This document shows positions 11,417-26,400 of a stretch of 64,000 nucleotides of DNA, one piece after another (within the stretch, counting starts at the first letter, position 1; the number at the start of each line of letters is the position of its first letter). The stretch covers positions 1,684,508 through 1,748,507 of the forward strand of contig MU053588.1 in assembly GCA_013239625.1 (NCBI GenBank). The letters are read 5' to 3'. The translations under genes were made by a program, and so were the position numbers. Below the pieces are notes generated by a model, which did not search any database, was not told the origin of the DNA, and was given only the letters and a program-made list of their open reading frames with translations. The stretch comes from Lama guanicoe (lineage: Eukaryota).

Positions 11417-14400
11417 ATGATGTTCCGAGACCAGGTGGGCATCCTTGCTGGCTGGTTCAAGGGCTGGAATGAGTGTGAACAGACAGTGGCCCTGCTGTCG
11501 CTTCTGAAGCGGGTCACCCGCACCCAGGCCCGCTTCCTGCAGCTCTGCCTGGAGCACTCGCTGGCGGACTGCAATGACATTCACCTGCTGGAGTCAGAGG
11601 CCAACAGTGCTGGTGAGTCTCCACCCCTAGAGATGGGAACACAGCAGGAGGGAGATCTGGAACAGGAACAGGTGGCTGAGGAGGCCTACCCAACAATGGT
11701 GATAAGAAATGTGGGCTCTAGTGGGTGGGGAGTCCCTGACCTCCCAAGTCATCATGATGGCTCTCCTGGGGCTTTGTTGCCAAATATCCTCAGGCATGGA
11801 GTGGGGGACTCCTGGGGGAGTGTAGTGCAAACTGGAAACTACTCATAGCAGAGGAAAGATTACATAGCATGGCTTGTCTGGGCAGCTGAAAGGAACAGGC
11901 TGAAATCATTACCTATGAAAGGGGGATGAAAGATGAGCATTAATTCATTTCTCAAGCTCTAGGACATCAGAGCTAGGAGGGAATTTTAGAACTCTTCCAA
12001 AATTCACAAGTCATCTTATACTATTCTTTACCCCTCCAAAGGTAGGTTGGACTTAAGGTATAAACAGCTTGAAGAGAGTTTTGAATTTAGATATAATCCA
12101 CATCAGCTCCCTGAGCACTCAAGTAGAGAAGTGCTGTCTATCCCATGAGGTTGGCATTAGGATAGATGAGCTAGGGTTCTCTAGAACCTCTCTCTAGGGC
12201 CCCAAGTGTAGACAGAAGTCAGTCCAGAGAACCATTTCCAGGGGCATCGCTGAAGCCATTCTGACCTTCTGGGCCTCCACAAGGCTGGATGGAGAGCTGT
12301 TGACCTTGGTGACAGGTGGGAGAGATGGAGGCCAAAGAAGAGGGCGAGTTAATGTGCACCTGAAAGCTAGCTGGGGAAGGGACCCAGGGACCTCATGGAG
12401 AATGTTTCCAAACCTTTCCCACCTTCTTCCCCATGATAACAGTTCACAGTGAGCCTCTACAAGCCAAGTACTGGCTTCACTTATATAGCAACTTTGAAAG
12501 CAGTATTTTTCGGTGGCTCTAGAGTCAGACTTTTAGGTTTAAATCTCAGTTCTGTCACTTACCGTATAACGAAGTATCTTAACCATTCTAAGCCTTGGTT
12601 TCCTCATCTTTAAAATCAAGATGATACCTGTGCTTACCTTCTAGGTTAATTGTGAGCTCTGAGAACAGTGCTTGGCATGTAGTAAATACTCAATAAATGT
12701 TGGTTGTTTTTATTGTCGGTAGCTCGTTTAGTGTTCACAACAATCCCATGAGATAAGTAGTGAAACTGTCCCCATTTTTTAGGTAAGGAAATCAGCATGG
12801 GCTGCTAGGCTTAGGTCCTGGGGACCCACAGAGTTGCCTGGCTTCCCTCATCTTCCCAGGTACATTTGCCTTAGCAACAGTCGTCTTTATTTTTCTAAAT
12901 CTTTATGTATACATCACAGAAGCACCATGGTTGTGGGGGAAGACAGTTCCTTAGGCCAGGAGTCACATCCACTTAAGTCCCTGTCTGATAGACAGTGAGC
13001 AGCAGTGACCCACCTTAGCTACAGCAGGCTCAGCACTCAACCGTTTCACAACTCTCCCATCCTCCCCACCAGGAAGAGCTCCCCTCTGCTCTCTGTGGTT
13101 GTGGTATGTCTGCATCCCCAGAGTGGGGGCTCCTTTGTGGCAGGCCAGTGTCTTACACATCACCACCACCCCATCCTGAGCAGACAGTTGGATGAGCACT
13201 GAGTGCCAATCTTGGCTGTATGTCAGAATCACACTGGTACTGCTGTTTATTAGAGCATTTTTAGTTTTTGCTTTTGCTTTCAAAATTTGCCAGAAATCAA
13301 ACCATATGAAAGGTGAAAAGTGGGGTCTCCCTTCCAGACTTCCATGTTCCCAGTTTGTGTATGTCTTATGAGATACTCTGTACACATGTGAGTACATACA
13401 TGTTCTCCTTCCAGCTTTTTCATTTTTGGTTGTTTTAACTCAGCAGAATATCATCCATATTAACCAATTTGCTTTTTTCACTGAACAGTATTACTTGAAG
13501 ATCATTCCATATTTGGCACATACATATGTACCTCGTTGTTAACGGCTGCTTGATGGTAAGAATAGGTAACAGAGAGCCTGACCTGTGTAGCAAGCAGTGC
13601 TTTACCTTTATTACTCATAACCCTCAGAACAGCTCTATAAGGAAGGTCGTACAATCCCCCATTTTACAAATGAAACTGAAGTCTGCAGAGACTAGTGACT
13701 TGCCCTGGGTCGTACAGCTAGTCAGAGGTGGAGCTGGAATTTGACTTCAGAGTTCTTGCTCTTGATCAGTAGGCTGTACTGCATGGTGTGTTCTTATAAG
13801 GAGTGCTATAATGAGTACCCTTTAAGGATCTCTAAGGTAAATTCTTAGAATTTTTGTGGGACTGCTAGTTTGAAGTTATGTACATTTAAAATATTTTTTG
13901 TTACCATGTTGCCCTTCAAAGACTTGGTACACTTTATACTGAGGACCATCCCAGACGGTTTACATTGAGATATTGGGGGTAAGGCTTGTCTTTGAGAATT
14001 GCTGTGGAATGACTTGACTAATGAGTGAATATATGAATCAAGGTCTTTAGCTACAGCCCCATGTCAGATGGTGAGAATAAAGCAAGCTGATACTTAGGTG
14101 GATGGAGAGTTAGGGAAAACTTAGAAAGGGGAAAGAGAGGGAGAGTCGTGGTATGTTCCAGAATCAGTAGGAAGCCTGCCAGGATTAGAGTAAAGTATGG
14201 CTGGAGAGGGAAGTGATCACAGAGGTTAATTCTATAGGGCCTTGAATGCCTCTTCCCTAGGAGACATGTGGGCTCCAAGACTAAGGAGGCCTATGTCTCC
14301 TGTCTCATTCCTACCCTCAAGTAGAGCAGCCGCCCTGTCTTACTTGTGAAGAAAGGAGCTGCTTCCTGGGCTTGGGGGCTTGCCTTGTGGAAGGAGTTCT

Positions 14401-17400
14401 GCATCCTCCATTTTAACTCTTCTGTTTATTATGGCTTTCCCATCCCGTTGTGTTACCCCATTTTGCGTCGTCAGAATCACCTGGTGAGAGAAAGTCAGAT
14501 TCCTGGGCCCCCAGCCCATACCCGCCAAATCAGAATCCTGAGAGGAGAGGCCTGGCAATGAGCACCAAGGTTCTTCTGCTGACCAGGCAGCTTGAGAGAT
14601 GATGCTCTGCTAGATGATTCATTTGTCATGGGACACCCAGGAGTTCTAGATCCAGCTCTGCCACTAACACCTCTTGTGACCTGGGCCAGCCCTGTCCCTC
14701 TTGGGTCCTAGGATTCACATCTAGACAGTGAGGAGATTGTTCTAGATACTCTCTAAGTGCCTCCTGGGCTCTGAAATAATGCACCAAAGAAGGCAGAGCC
14801 ACAGCCAAGCATATTACTTTCTTTGTTAGGGGTCCCAGCACATTCTTCTATAGGAATAATTCTTAGTATTTTATAGGATTGGTCCCTCAGAGAATCTCTG
14901 TGTCCTCCCCACCAAGATGTACACTTACCTACAGACTGAATCTTAGTTGGTCCACCAATTCCTGGATAAGAGTTGCCTGATACAGGATCTGAAGCTCTTC
15001 TTCAGCTTTTCAGATCCCTTCAGGCCAGGAAGGCTGAACAGTGAGGCAGATCCTTTGTCTTTTTCTGGGTTTGTACTCCATGTCCCACCCACCCAACTTC
15101 TCCTTCCTTCAGTTCTCCCAGGGAGACCCTGGGCTCAGATTTGAGTCTGGGTCAGAGCTGCCCACCTGCCCATCTCCTCAGAAAGAGCATGGAGTGCAAA
15201 GGGCTCGATCTGAGGTTTGGGTCCTATCTCCAGAGATTCTGGTGTTTTTTAAGCTGTTTGGCTCTTGTGTTGATCCAGTGGAGAAGTACTGGTCATGATG
15301 CTAACATTGGTTCTGAGTGGGCCAGGAAGGTGGTGAGGGTACTGTCCTGTGATCTACTGTGAGTGGAAAGTTGGGGTGTGGAAGAGGGCTCTGGTCTGTG
15401 CTGTCCCTTCCTCTGAAGCAGCTCAGAGAGGGTAGCGAAGTTCCCCGGCCCAGGCAGCCAGTGTTAGCTGCATGGAAGCCAAATCTGAGACAACACCTGG
15501 GAACAGAAAAGCAACACCCCAAGGGTCTCTGGAACAGGAAAAGAGAAGCCGCAGGTTTCCCTTTGTCATTATCCCCATTCCTTCTCTCAGTGCCTTCCCT
15601 GCCTGCTTGGAGCTCTAACAGTGATCCTAACCCTCTTCTTCCCTTCTTGATGCTGATGTGGGCCAGAAGGGTGGAGTCAGGGAAGCTGAAATCCCCTTGC
15701 CTCTCTGGTCCTATAGCTTCCTGAACCACATTTCCTGCATTTCTTCCCTCCTCCTATCCTCTGAGTCAGAGTCCCTGTATCCAGCAGGTTTAAGCCTCCC
15801 TCTCTGGCTTACTGAGTCTGGGTGGGGAAACTGAGGTCAAGAGGGGGCTGTGTCTCAGTGAGTCACCCGAGCTCAACTCTGATGCCTCCACCCTCCCCTT
15901 CCAAGCTCTACTGACATAGTTCATCAAACAAAAATGTGAGCCCCCTAGCCCTCCCCTGTTTGTGCGAGCTGGGATGAGGCATAGAAAGGCATGTTTGGAG
16001 CCAAACCCCAGCCCCTCTGACTGGTGCCTCAGGCTGCCACACTTGTTGCAACAGCCCAGCACATAAAAATGGGTTTGCTCTTATGGCAGTCTCCAAGGTA
16101 TATATTGGCTCCTGTGACTTGCCAGGACCCAGGGTCATGACCCACTTAACTCTGGTCACCTGGCTAAGGAGAGCACTCATATTCACAGTCTCCCTCGTCC
16201 TCTGGAGTCCAGATTTGCAGCTTGGTGAGAAGCAGTCACTGGCGTCATGGCATTCCCCAGTCCCATCCCCCACCCGCCCACCTCCGGAATTTCATCATTG
16301 CTTGTTGTGTCTCTAGCTCAGAGGAACTGGAGATGTGTCTGTTTTTGGTAAACAACTGCATAAAATTCCCCACCCCTGTCGGTAATCTGCAGGGGGAGGC
16401 CCAGATGTGCCCTATGTGAATTGCTCCCTCCAGCCCAGAAATAGCTTGGGCTCTAGATCTTAAACCAGGAACAAGGACAATAATAGTTAGAATTCGTGGA
16501 GGGCTTAACACATGTCAGGTTCTTTGCAGGATTCTCTTATTGAATCTTTACAACTAACTATGCTGTAGGGGCTTTTACTATCCCCAGTGTACAAAAGAGG
16601 AGACCAAGGCTCAGAGAGGTTAAAGGACTGGCCCACAGTTATATTGACCTAGGTCGTGGAGGCAGAGCTGGATTTTGAATCCAGGCAAATTTGCCTGCTG
16701 ACTTGTGCGCTTACTCAGTATGCTCTGCTAGGATATAAGACAGGGTGACCTGAGGTCAAGGGATCCTAGAGAGGACACACACAGACACCACTACCTTCCA
16801 GGAGGCCATCTGGGTTCAATTGTGCAGGTATTCATTGGGCCTCTGCTGTGCCTCAACTCTGGGCCAGACTTTTCTAATCTGGGCAGGAAACTAGAAGTTC
16901 CATCCCCACCCATCATCTGCAGCCCCAGCTGGGCTCACCCCAAGGGGACTGAGGCTGTGCAGATTCCTTGGACCAATTCCAGTGCTCACTGATGCTTCCC
17001 AAACATGGAGGCCCGCCCTCCCCAGCACACCACCTCACAGATACATGAACACACATTTTTCTAGGGTCAGCCTCCATTCGTCCCAAACTCTCCCCTTTCT
17101 CTGCAGTAGAACAAGGTCCTTCATTGAGCCCAGTCCTTGGGGCTATTCTGTCACATCCCCTGGCAGTACCAGAGGAGAAGCTGTGTCCCTTAGCCCTGGG
17201 GTCCTGGCAGTACTCTGGGGTGGGGGAGGGACTAGACAAGGCTTCTCTATGTCCCAGAGCTACCCTGCAAGGCCAAAACAACAGCGATTGAGGGCATCAG
17301 GGTAGGGCTAAAGGGGTAGTCGACTCTGCTGGAGGGGAAGGGAGAAAAACACCAATCATTGAATCACATACTGAGTGCTTACTGTGGACAGACTCTGTCA

Positions 17401-20400
17401 GGTGTTTTACATGCATTGTCTGCCTAAATCCTCTCAGCAGCCCTGCAATCCCTCTTTTACAAAGGAGGAAACATATTGCTGAGGCAACTGCACAATACAG
17501 CTGGGGTGCAAGTCCTTGAGTTTCTGTTCCTAATCTAAACACTATATTTCTTCTACCTTCTCATCAAAAACTGAAAACTCAGGGACTAAGTCAGGGAAAT
17601 GGGGTACCAGTGAATTCCTTCCCATGTGATCCAGTGACATATGGAGGTGGAGGTGGGACAGCGTGAAAGGTGAAGGCTTCCTGAAGTCAGGAAGGATTGT
17701 CCCACCATGGGAAGCTCTTTAGATATAGAGATGACCTAAGAGACAGCTCTGTGGTCGTGAGGAGCTGGTTTAGGAGAAGATGAATGGAGAGGATCAGGCT
17801 TCCTAGCCTTGAGTGGCAGGTCCTCAAAGGGATCTGGAAAGCCAGGGACTGAGGAAGAAGATACGTGGCATTGGAGAGAGAATAGAGGATTGTGGCTAAA
17901 AGTTTTTCCCAATTCTGGAGGCAGACGGACCTGGGTTCAGATCTTGGCTCTGTTACTTTGGGTGAGTGACTTAACCTTCCCAAATCTATTTCCTCATCTG
18001 CAAGATGGGGGTGCTAAAAAAACAAGGTTGAAGTGAGGATAAAAAATGATCATGTTCTTAGCATGTGTCTATGCATAGTAAATGCTCATTATTACTATTG
18101 TGTAGTATTACTACTGGTTCTATTTTGGCTAGTACTATGGGCATTGCACAAATTGATGACTCTAGACAAATAGATGAATGCCTAGAAGCTTGGGACAGTG
18201 AAGCCCAGGCCAAGAAAATATGGCCAGGAGTTGGGAGTTGTATGTGATTTGTTTTCTTAGAGCTACAGATGTAAGAATTAGAAATTTATGTGAATTCCCA
18301 GGCCATAGATTTCCAAACAGGTCCTTAAGAGAAAGAGATGTGTGAAAAAGGTATTTCTCAGGTTCTTATGCAAGGCTCCCAGTGGCCAGGTGTCTCACCT
18401 ATAGTGTGCGCAGAGGAGACCAGAGGTCCTTCGAATGTTAAGTCTTAAGGAAGTTGGATTGAGACACCATCAGAGGCAGAGGGGTCCAGATCAGGGCTTG
18501 CTTGAAATCCAGATGCCTGGAATTCTGAGGCTCTCCTTATGTATATGCTCATTCACAGCCTCTCTGTTTCCTGGTCCAAGAGTTGGCTTGTGCCTTTAGA
18601 ATCTGTAGGTATTTGAAAGGAAGGAGCCACTGTAAGATATAATAACCATGGTGTTAAGAGTGATAGCTGATGTTTACCCAGTACTTACTTTGTGCCATGG
18701 TCTTGTAGCAACCATGCCAGGTAGGAATGATTCTGAGCCCCACTTTACAGATAGAGAAAGTAGAGCTCAGTGAAGTGATCACATTTGCCCAGAGTCACAT
18801 AATCAATAAGTAGGAGAGGAGAGACATAGTGATATCTCTCCCAGTTCCTTTTCCTCATCCACCTCTCTGGAGTCCTAGTTCTGTTTGGTTAGAGTCAGCT
18901 CCTTTGTCCCTTTCCAGGACCTCACAAATAGCCCAGTAGCTCACCTCTGTTTGTTAGGTGTTTGAAAATCATCACCTTTGCTACAGATAAGAGCTCGATG
19001 GCCCAAGAGTGAGGGCAGAGTTGGCCTCAGTCCTTGATGGTTGTTTCTTTTCTCAAGTTTTGATATTTCTGTCCTTTTCCCTTGCCCCATCAGTATTACC
19101 TGCCATCCTCCACTCCACTGAGCTAGTCATGGAAGTGGTAACAGTTTTTCAGGAAGGACAGTCAGACCTGTAACAGTTCCTTCCCAAGGCCACCATTGTG
19201 TGGCCTGCTTGGGGCCTTACTCTTGGGGAGCTGACTTCTGGGTAGAGAGAAGAAACTTCACTCATCTTCATAGGACAGACAAGCCCTCAGACCATGGGAT
19301 ATAAAGGAGAGGTCACCAGATCCTCATGACATGGAGTAGCCAGGGAAGGCTTTCTGGAGGAGGCTGGATTTAGGCAGTCTGTAAAAGACTTAGAATTTGG
19401 ATAAGAGGAAGGAGACTGTTGCAGGCTAAAACGTTGAATCTCAGCCTGCGTGTGGAAGCTTGGATGAATATGGCATGGAGAGAGCCCTGGGAAAGATGGG
19501 AGTGTCCTAAACTGAGTCTTCATCTGGAGGAATGGAGATGGAGGGGTGCCCTGAAAGTGAAGGTGATGTTGGACTAGGAGCTCTTGAACTTGAGTCTGTT
19601 GGTGCTGGTTGCCACTGTAAGCTTCTGGTCAGGAACAAGATATCCTGGTGTGCTTTAGGAAGATAAATCCATCTGGGTGTATGGGATGAATTGGAAGGGG
19701 AGACTAAAGGCTGAATGTCCCGTTTAAAAAGCAACAGAAAGCATTTATTAAACATGTTCTGTATGCCAAGCCACTTCCCATTCTCTGTTAACTCATTCAG
19801 TCTCAGAGCAACACTTTAAATTGAGTAATGTTAACTATCTTCAGAATTTTTCAGGTGAGGACACCAGTACTCTGTGAGGTTCAGGTCCAGCTAGTAAGCT
19901 GAGGAGTCCAGACCATCTGATTCCAGAGCCCAAGTTTTTAACCACTGTATTCCATTGTCCTCCAAGTCAGGAAAGCAGCTTTTTTGATTGTCAGGGGCAA
20001 GGGGGTAGAGGTCATGAAGATGAAGTGGGGATAGCAAGAACAGGCCTGGGGGCAGCAGGAGGAGCTCAGATTCCAGAGTAGCAAGTTGGACTGATTAGGA
20101 GCCACAGCAGGTTTCTGAGAGTAGGTGGTAGAACCAGAAAAAATTACTCTGAAAGCAGGGTGAGTGTATAGATATCACCTATATGAGGGACAAGGTCGTG
20201 GTCATGAAAGGGGAAGGGAAAGGAGATTGGAACTGAGGGAATAGGCGGTAGGGACCTCTGCTAGTTTTATAGTAGTCCCCCACCCTTGTTCCCCTGACAT
20301 TCCCTCTTGTTCTCTCTGTAGCCATTGTCAGCCAGTGGCAGCAGGAGTCCAAAGAAAAGGTGGTGTCCCTCCTGCTGTCCCATCTACCCCTGCTTCAGCC

Positions 20401-23400
20401 AGGCAACACGGAAGCCAAGTCGGAGTACATGAGGCTGCTGCAGAAAGTGCTGGCCTACTCAATCGAGAGCAATGCCTTCATCGAGGAGAGCCGCCAGCTG
20501 CTCTCCTATGCCCTCATCCACCCAGCCACCACACTGGAGGACCGCAACGCGCTGGCCCTCTGGCTAAGCCACTTGGAAGAGCGCCTGGCTGGCAGCTTCC
20601 GCACCCGACCTGAGCCTACCTACCACTCGCGCCAGGGCTCGGATGAGTGGGGAGGCCCTGCAGAGCTGGGCCCCGGGGAGGCAGGGCCAGGCTGGCAGGA
20701 CAAGCCACCCCGGGAAAATGGACACGTGCCCTTCCATCCACCCAGCTCAGTGCCGCCAGCCATCAACAGTATTGGGAGCAACGCAAACGCAGGTGAGGAG
20801 GTGGGAGTCCTGGGAGACCGTGCTTACTTGAAAAGGGTCAGACTGGGTTCTCTGTTTACTCGCTCTGTGGCCCTGAGCAAGTCACATAACCTCTCTGGGC
20901 CTCAGTTTTGTGAGGCAGTGCAGAGGTTGTGAAGTGGCATTCCCAGAGTTATTTCTGACCTGCAGATATGTTTTATTGAGCTCAAACTCAACAAAACTTT
21001 GGTTTCATTTTGTTGCGCTTTTAAATAAATTTGCCAATATAAGGAGTTGGGAATTTTCCCCTAAAAATCCAGATTTCAGCTTCTCTTGAAAATTCAAAAG
21101 ATCTGACAACTCAAGGCCTGTGTTCCTGGTGACAATGATAAGATGGAGTTGAATATTGGTCACTACTTTTAGACCCTGCACATGTGTCCCAGTCAGCTTC
21201 TGCCCCTACCACCACACTCTGGGCATGTGTAATACCTGCCTGGCCTCTGAAGACATTGAGTTGATCACCATAATTTGAGGTCCCTTCCAGCTCAGACATT
21301 CTGGATTTTTGTAACTGGCCCCAGCTTACAGCCTCATTTCTGAGAAATGTATATTTGTAAGCCTGTTCATATAAAGATGTAACGCATGCTACAAGGCATT
21401 AATAATAGTAGGTAACATTGTTGAGCACTGACTGTATTGGGTACTCTTTTATAAGCACTTTCCAGACATGATCTCATTTAATCCTCATCACAGCCATATC
21501 ATTAGTCCCATTCTACAGATGAGAGCACTGAGACTCAAAAGAGGTGAAGTCATGTATTCAAGGTCACAGAACAAGTGGTGGAACTGGCCAAGGTTTGGAC
21601 CCAGGCAATCTGATGCCAGCGTTTGCCTCTGACCAGTATGCTATTGTCCTAACTAAGTGGTCTCAAAAGGGCTTAGTAAGCACCCCCAAAGACTGGGGTG
21701 AGCAGGAGGAGCTGGTATTGCAGTGAGCTGTTGAAGTGAACAGGATAAGGAAGAGTGGCATTTCCAAGGCTTAGTAAGGTGACTTGACTTATTCAAGGCA
21801 AGGGGTTTCCAAGATTTAACCTCAGGGTAGCCAGCCCCCTTCAGCAGGTACTGGTTAAAGCAGGCCAGGAGAGGGAGAGGGTGGCCGTGAAATGTCATCT
21901 GTGCCAGTGGGTGGTGTGAACCCTGGGTCTTTGGTACCTAGCTGTGTTGTACCAGGTACACATCAGTTACCCCTGAGCTTCATTTTTTCCCCAGTTGAAT
22001 ATGGATGTCCTGGTCACCTGCCTCCCTCACAGATGCTGGCAAGAATCAGGGAAGATAGTGGAATAGAGGGGCATTTCCGGGAACTTTAGCAACCCAAGGT
22101 GTCTTGGACCTTGTTTTCCAGTCTTGGAGCATGACAGTTCCTGAGTCCAGATTGGGAGGATGTATTAATAATGATAATTCTAACTAAAATATATTCAGTG
22201 TTTAATCTTTGCCAGTAGCTGTTCCGAGAAGTTTATACCTGTAAATTCATTGGTTGAATCACAGAAAAGTCACTTGTCCATGGTGGTGTAGCCAGAATTT
22301 AAATCCAGGCAGTCTGGCTCCACAGCTCATATTCTTTACTACTCTGCTACACTGCCTCCATCTAAAAGTCACCTTCCCGAAGATGCTCAGACCTCATCAA
22401 GGGGTCGGGTCATCCATGCAGGGTGCCCATTCATTTCTTCCCCTCCATGATGGGGACAGTAGCTTTTAAAAGACCACGCTGGAATAATGTTGGATAGGGG
22501 ATTTGAACCAGAAGAGAGAAGGGAGTTGGGCATTCCAGGTAGAGGACATAGCATGAATTGAAGGCATAGGGGTGGCAAATAGGAGGGGACAGTATGCAGA
22601 CAAGTCTGGCTGGGATAAAGAGGTGCAGGGATTCAAATGAGTAATAGCAGTAGCAAATATTCATGTTTACCATGTGCCTGCCCCTGTGCCAAGGACTTCA
22701 TGTGGAAATGGAGGCAGAGGGAGAAAATGAAGTGACTTGCCCAGGATCATGAAGTTAATAGATGGCAGAATTTGATCTCAGGTCTGCTTGATTCTCAGAT
22801 CTCAGTATGTTAGGGCCACATTCTGGGGGCCTTGAAGGGTGGGATGAAGCTTTCCAATTTCAATTTTAAGCTGTTGCAGGAAACAGGAAGCCATTAAAAT
22901 ATTTTTGAGTGGGGAGCAAGGATTGGCCTGTAAGGGCAGGCAGGGTGGGTTTGGGGTGCTGCCAAGGACAGACCAGGGTTTCTTGGAGAGTGTGAGGCCC
23001 TGGATCTCTGACCAGCATTCCTGTTTTTATAGTTCTCATGCTGTGGCCAGCCTCCACCCCAGTGCAGGGTCAAGCAGGGCTCCTCAGGAACTGCACAGTC
23101 ATTCCAATCAGGATAACTTCCTGCCCTCTCAGCCTTGCCTGCCCCCTTGACTGAAAAGGGAGGAAGGAGGAGGCCAGGGGCACCAAGACAGGCCAAAAAA
23201 GTCCTGTGTTGAGGGTTCCCCACTCCCTCAGGACTCAGAAGGTGCCATCTTCTTCTGGGAGTCCAGAGCCTTGGGAGGAGCCCCATCCAGAAGAACCCTA
23301 GAGGTCACAGATAGGGGTGGAGGGTGTCCTTAGTGGGTAGGTCAGTGCACTGCCTTGTCCCTCAGGTGACTTCCTGGCTAGGAGCATAGGTACTGCCACA

Positions 23401-26400
23401 GATAAGGGAAGATGCTTTGGGGCCTATACCCAGGCTGGTCGTCCTTCCAGGGTTGAGTATCAGTGTAGCACTGGCAGGAATCCCAGCCTTTCCATCAGAA
23501 ACAAGGTGGGGGTTCTTCTGTCTCTACCTCCAACCTCTATGGGAACTGGGGCAAAGGACTTCTGTTCCCTGGGCCTCGGTGTTCTCACCTACTCAAGGTG
23601 AGGTTTCTTTGGCTTATTTCTTTTTCTTTCTTTGACTTGAGATACTTCTAGATTTCCTGTGTCAAGCTCAGAGGCACCCTTAGGATGGTGGGTCCCCTCC
23701 TTTTGGACTCCGTGAAACTTTGGGCACTCCTGTGTATCATGCCCTGGTCGGGGGATGCAGAAATGATTGAGTAGGCTTGCTGCCATCCTACACAAGCCCA
23801 GAGTCTAGTGAAGCAGGCTAGTGAATGGGGTAGTAAGTGCTGGGCTTGAGGTAGCAGCACAGGGGCCCAGGGAACACAGAGGAAGGAGTCACAGAAGAGG
23901 ACATACTTGAGCCAGGAGAAAGGTGAGCATGGCTGGCAATGGTGTGCTCAGGAGAGGGAGTAGCACATGTAAAGGTCTAGAAGCTCCTGGGAACCTGCCC
24001 TGTCCTGAGAATGGTTAAAAATCAAGTTGGATCCCTTTTCCTGTCTCCAGAATGGGATGGATGGAGGATGTGAAGCATCCTGCGGAAGAGGGCCTGATTC
24101 AGGCTCAGTACAGAAAAAAGTCATTTGGAGGTGATAGAGCCCAATAACAGAGGTGTTGAGGAAGCACTTTATGTCCTTCACTCATTGCTTTACAAGTAGT
24201 TATGAAGAACCTCTTGTCATCAAGGCTCCACTGTGGTGACTAAGGACACAATGATGTTTAAGACAGGACAGGTCCCTGCTGTCACAGATCTTGTAGGAAC
24301 GTACAGTTAATAAACAAGTGAACAGATAATTGATAAGGTCACTTGAAGTTGTGACAGGTGCTGTAAGAAAGATAGAGTAATGTGATAGAGTAACCAGGGT
24401 TGGTTGGGGGGCAGCTGCTTACTATTGAGGGTTCAGGGAAGGCCTCAGAAGAGGTGATACTTGCCTGAGATGAGACCTGGAGGAACCAACTGCTAAGATC
24501 AGGAGGATAAGAAGGAGGAGCAAGTGCAGAAGTCCTGAGGCTGGAACAAGATTAAGTGTCTAGGAACAAATTGGGGGTGGGGGTGGGCAAAGGCTAGAAA
24601 GGCTTGAACCAAAAGGGTAAGCTACGGGAGATGAGACGTCAGTGAGAAGCCAGAGATAAGCAGGGCCCACGGCCTACAGGGACCTGTGTGTGGAAAAGTT
24701 TGAATTTCATTCTCAGTGTGAAGGGAAGCTATAGGTAGGATCTAATCAGGGACTGACTGGGTCAGATTTGCATTTTAAGAAGGATCCGTGTGGCTGCTGT
24801 GAGGTGAATAGACTATATGGGGCAAGAACAAAGGCAAGAAACCAATGAGGAGGCTGTGGCAGTAACTCCTACTAGGGATACCAGTGACTTGGTCCAGGGT
24901 GCTAGCAGAGAAAATGGAGAGTTCAGAGGAGTGGCTGACAGCTGGCTGACCAGTTGGGTGTGGGGAAATGAGGGAACCATCAGTACCTGGTAGGCGATTC
25001 CCCTCAGACCCTAGGGTCCTTTCCCCTTGTTGGATTCTACAGCTGAGCTGCCATCCATAGCACTGCCCGGGGAGAGGGGGTGGGGGCATGGTCTCCTGTG
25101 ATCAGATCCCCAAGCCTGACCTCTTGCCTCTCTCTCCACCTCTGGCCAGGTCTCCCCTGCCAAATCCACCCCAGCCCGCTGAAGCGCTCCATGTCACTCA
25201 TCCCCACAAGCCCCCAGGCCCCTGGTGAGTGGCCAAGTCCAGAGGAGCTTGGGGCCCGGGCTGCTTTCACTACACCAGACCACGCACCCCTCTCGCCCCA
25301 GAGCAGCGTGGCCTCCTCTGGCAGTGAGCAGACGGAGGAGCAGGGCTCCAGCCGGAACACTTTCCAGGAGGACGGCAGTGGCATGAAAGGTACAATGGGG
25401 GAGGGTAGCACTAGGACCCTCCTCCAGAGGCTTCTGCAGAATTTAAAGGGACCTTGAGCTGCCACCCTGCCTTCCTGTCCCTCCCCAACTCAATTCCTCC
25501 CCTCCCCCCCCAGAGAAGGAGATTAGACAGTCCCTGCACTTAGGGCTCAAGCCTGAGCAGAGAGACCCTCACAAGCCCCAGTCTGATCGGAGAGAAGCCC
25601 CTGCCCTCAGACACCCGAGTCTGAGAAGAAAGCCAGGACACAGAGGTAACTGATGGAACAGAGGTTCCAGGAATACTTGTAAAAACATCAGAGGTCATCC
25701 TAGTACATATCCAACTGAGCAGCTCAGAAGGGTCGGGTGTCCTGGTCAGGGAAGGCCACCTGGAAGGGTCTGACTGGGCAGAAGAATTAGCAGGTTATGG
25801 ACACTTGGCTTTTCCATACCCTCTTCCAATTTACTTCACCTTTTAAGGCTGTCTGTGGTTTATGCCTGGTCCTTCCCCACAGCTGTCACCAGGACCAGAC
25901 TCCTGACCTTCTGCCCTCCCTCCTTTTCTGCAGATGTGCCCTCATGGCTCAAGAGCCTCCGCTTGCACAAGTATGCGGCCCTCTTCTCACAGATGAGCTA
26001 CGAGGAGATGATGACACTGACTGAGCAGCACTTGGAGTCTCAGGTGACGCTAAGGGGACCATTAGGGCAGGGTTGGGGGCAGCACCATTTTGACATTACC
26101 CTTGCAGCCCAAACAAACCTTTTCCATCTCTTTGGGCCTTGTTGGGGCACCCCAAGTACCTCAACCTCCCATTTCCAGCTCCCTCTCCCCTTCTGCTCCT
26201 ACCACAGAATGTCACCAAAGGTGCCCGCCACAAGATAGCCCTGAGTATCCAGAAGTTGCGAGAGAGGCAGAGCGTTCTCAAATCCCTAGAGAAGGTGAGG
26301 ACCGGGTATCCCCGTCTCCAAGGCCAGCTGGCTGCTCAGCGGTACCAGTGGCTGAAGGCTCTGGGTCAGTCTTGCTGCCCATGTGGCCTCCCCTTAGGGC

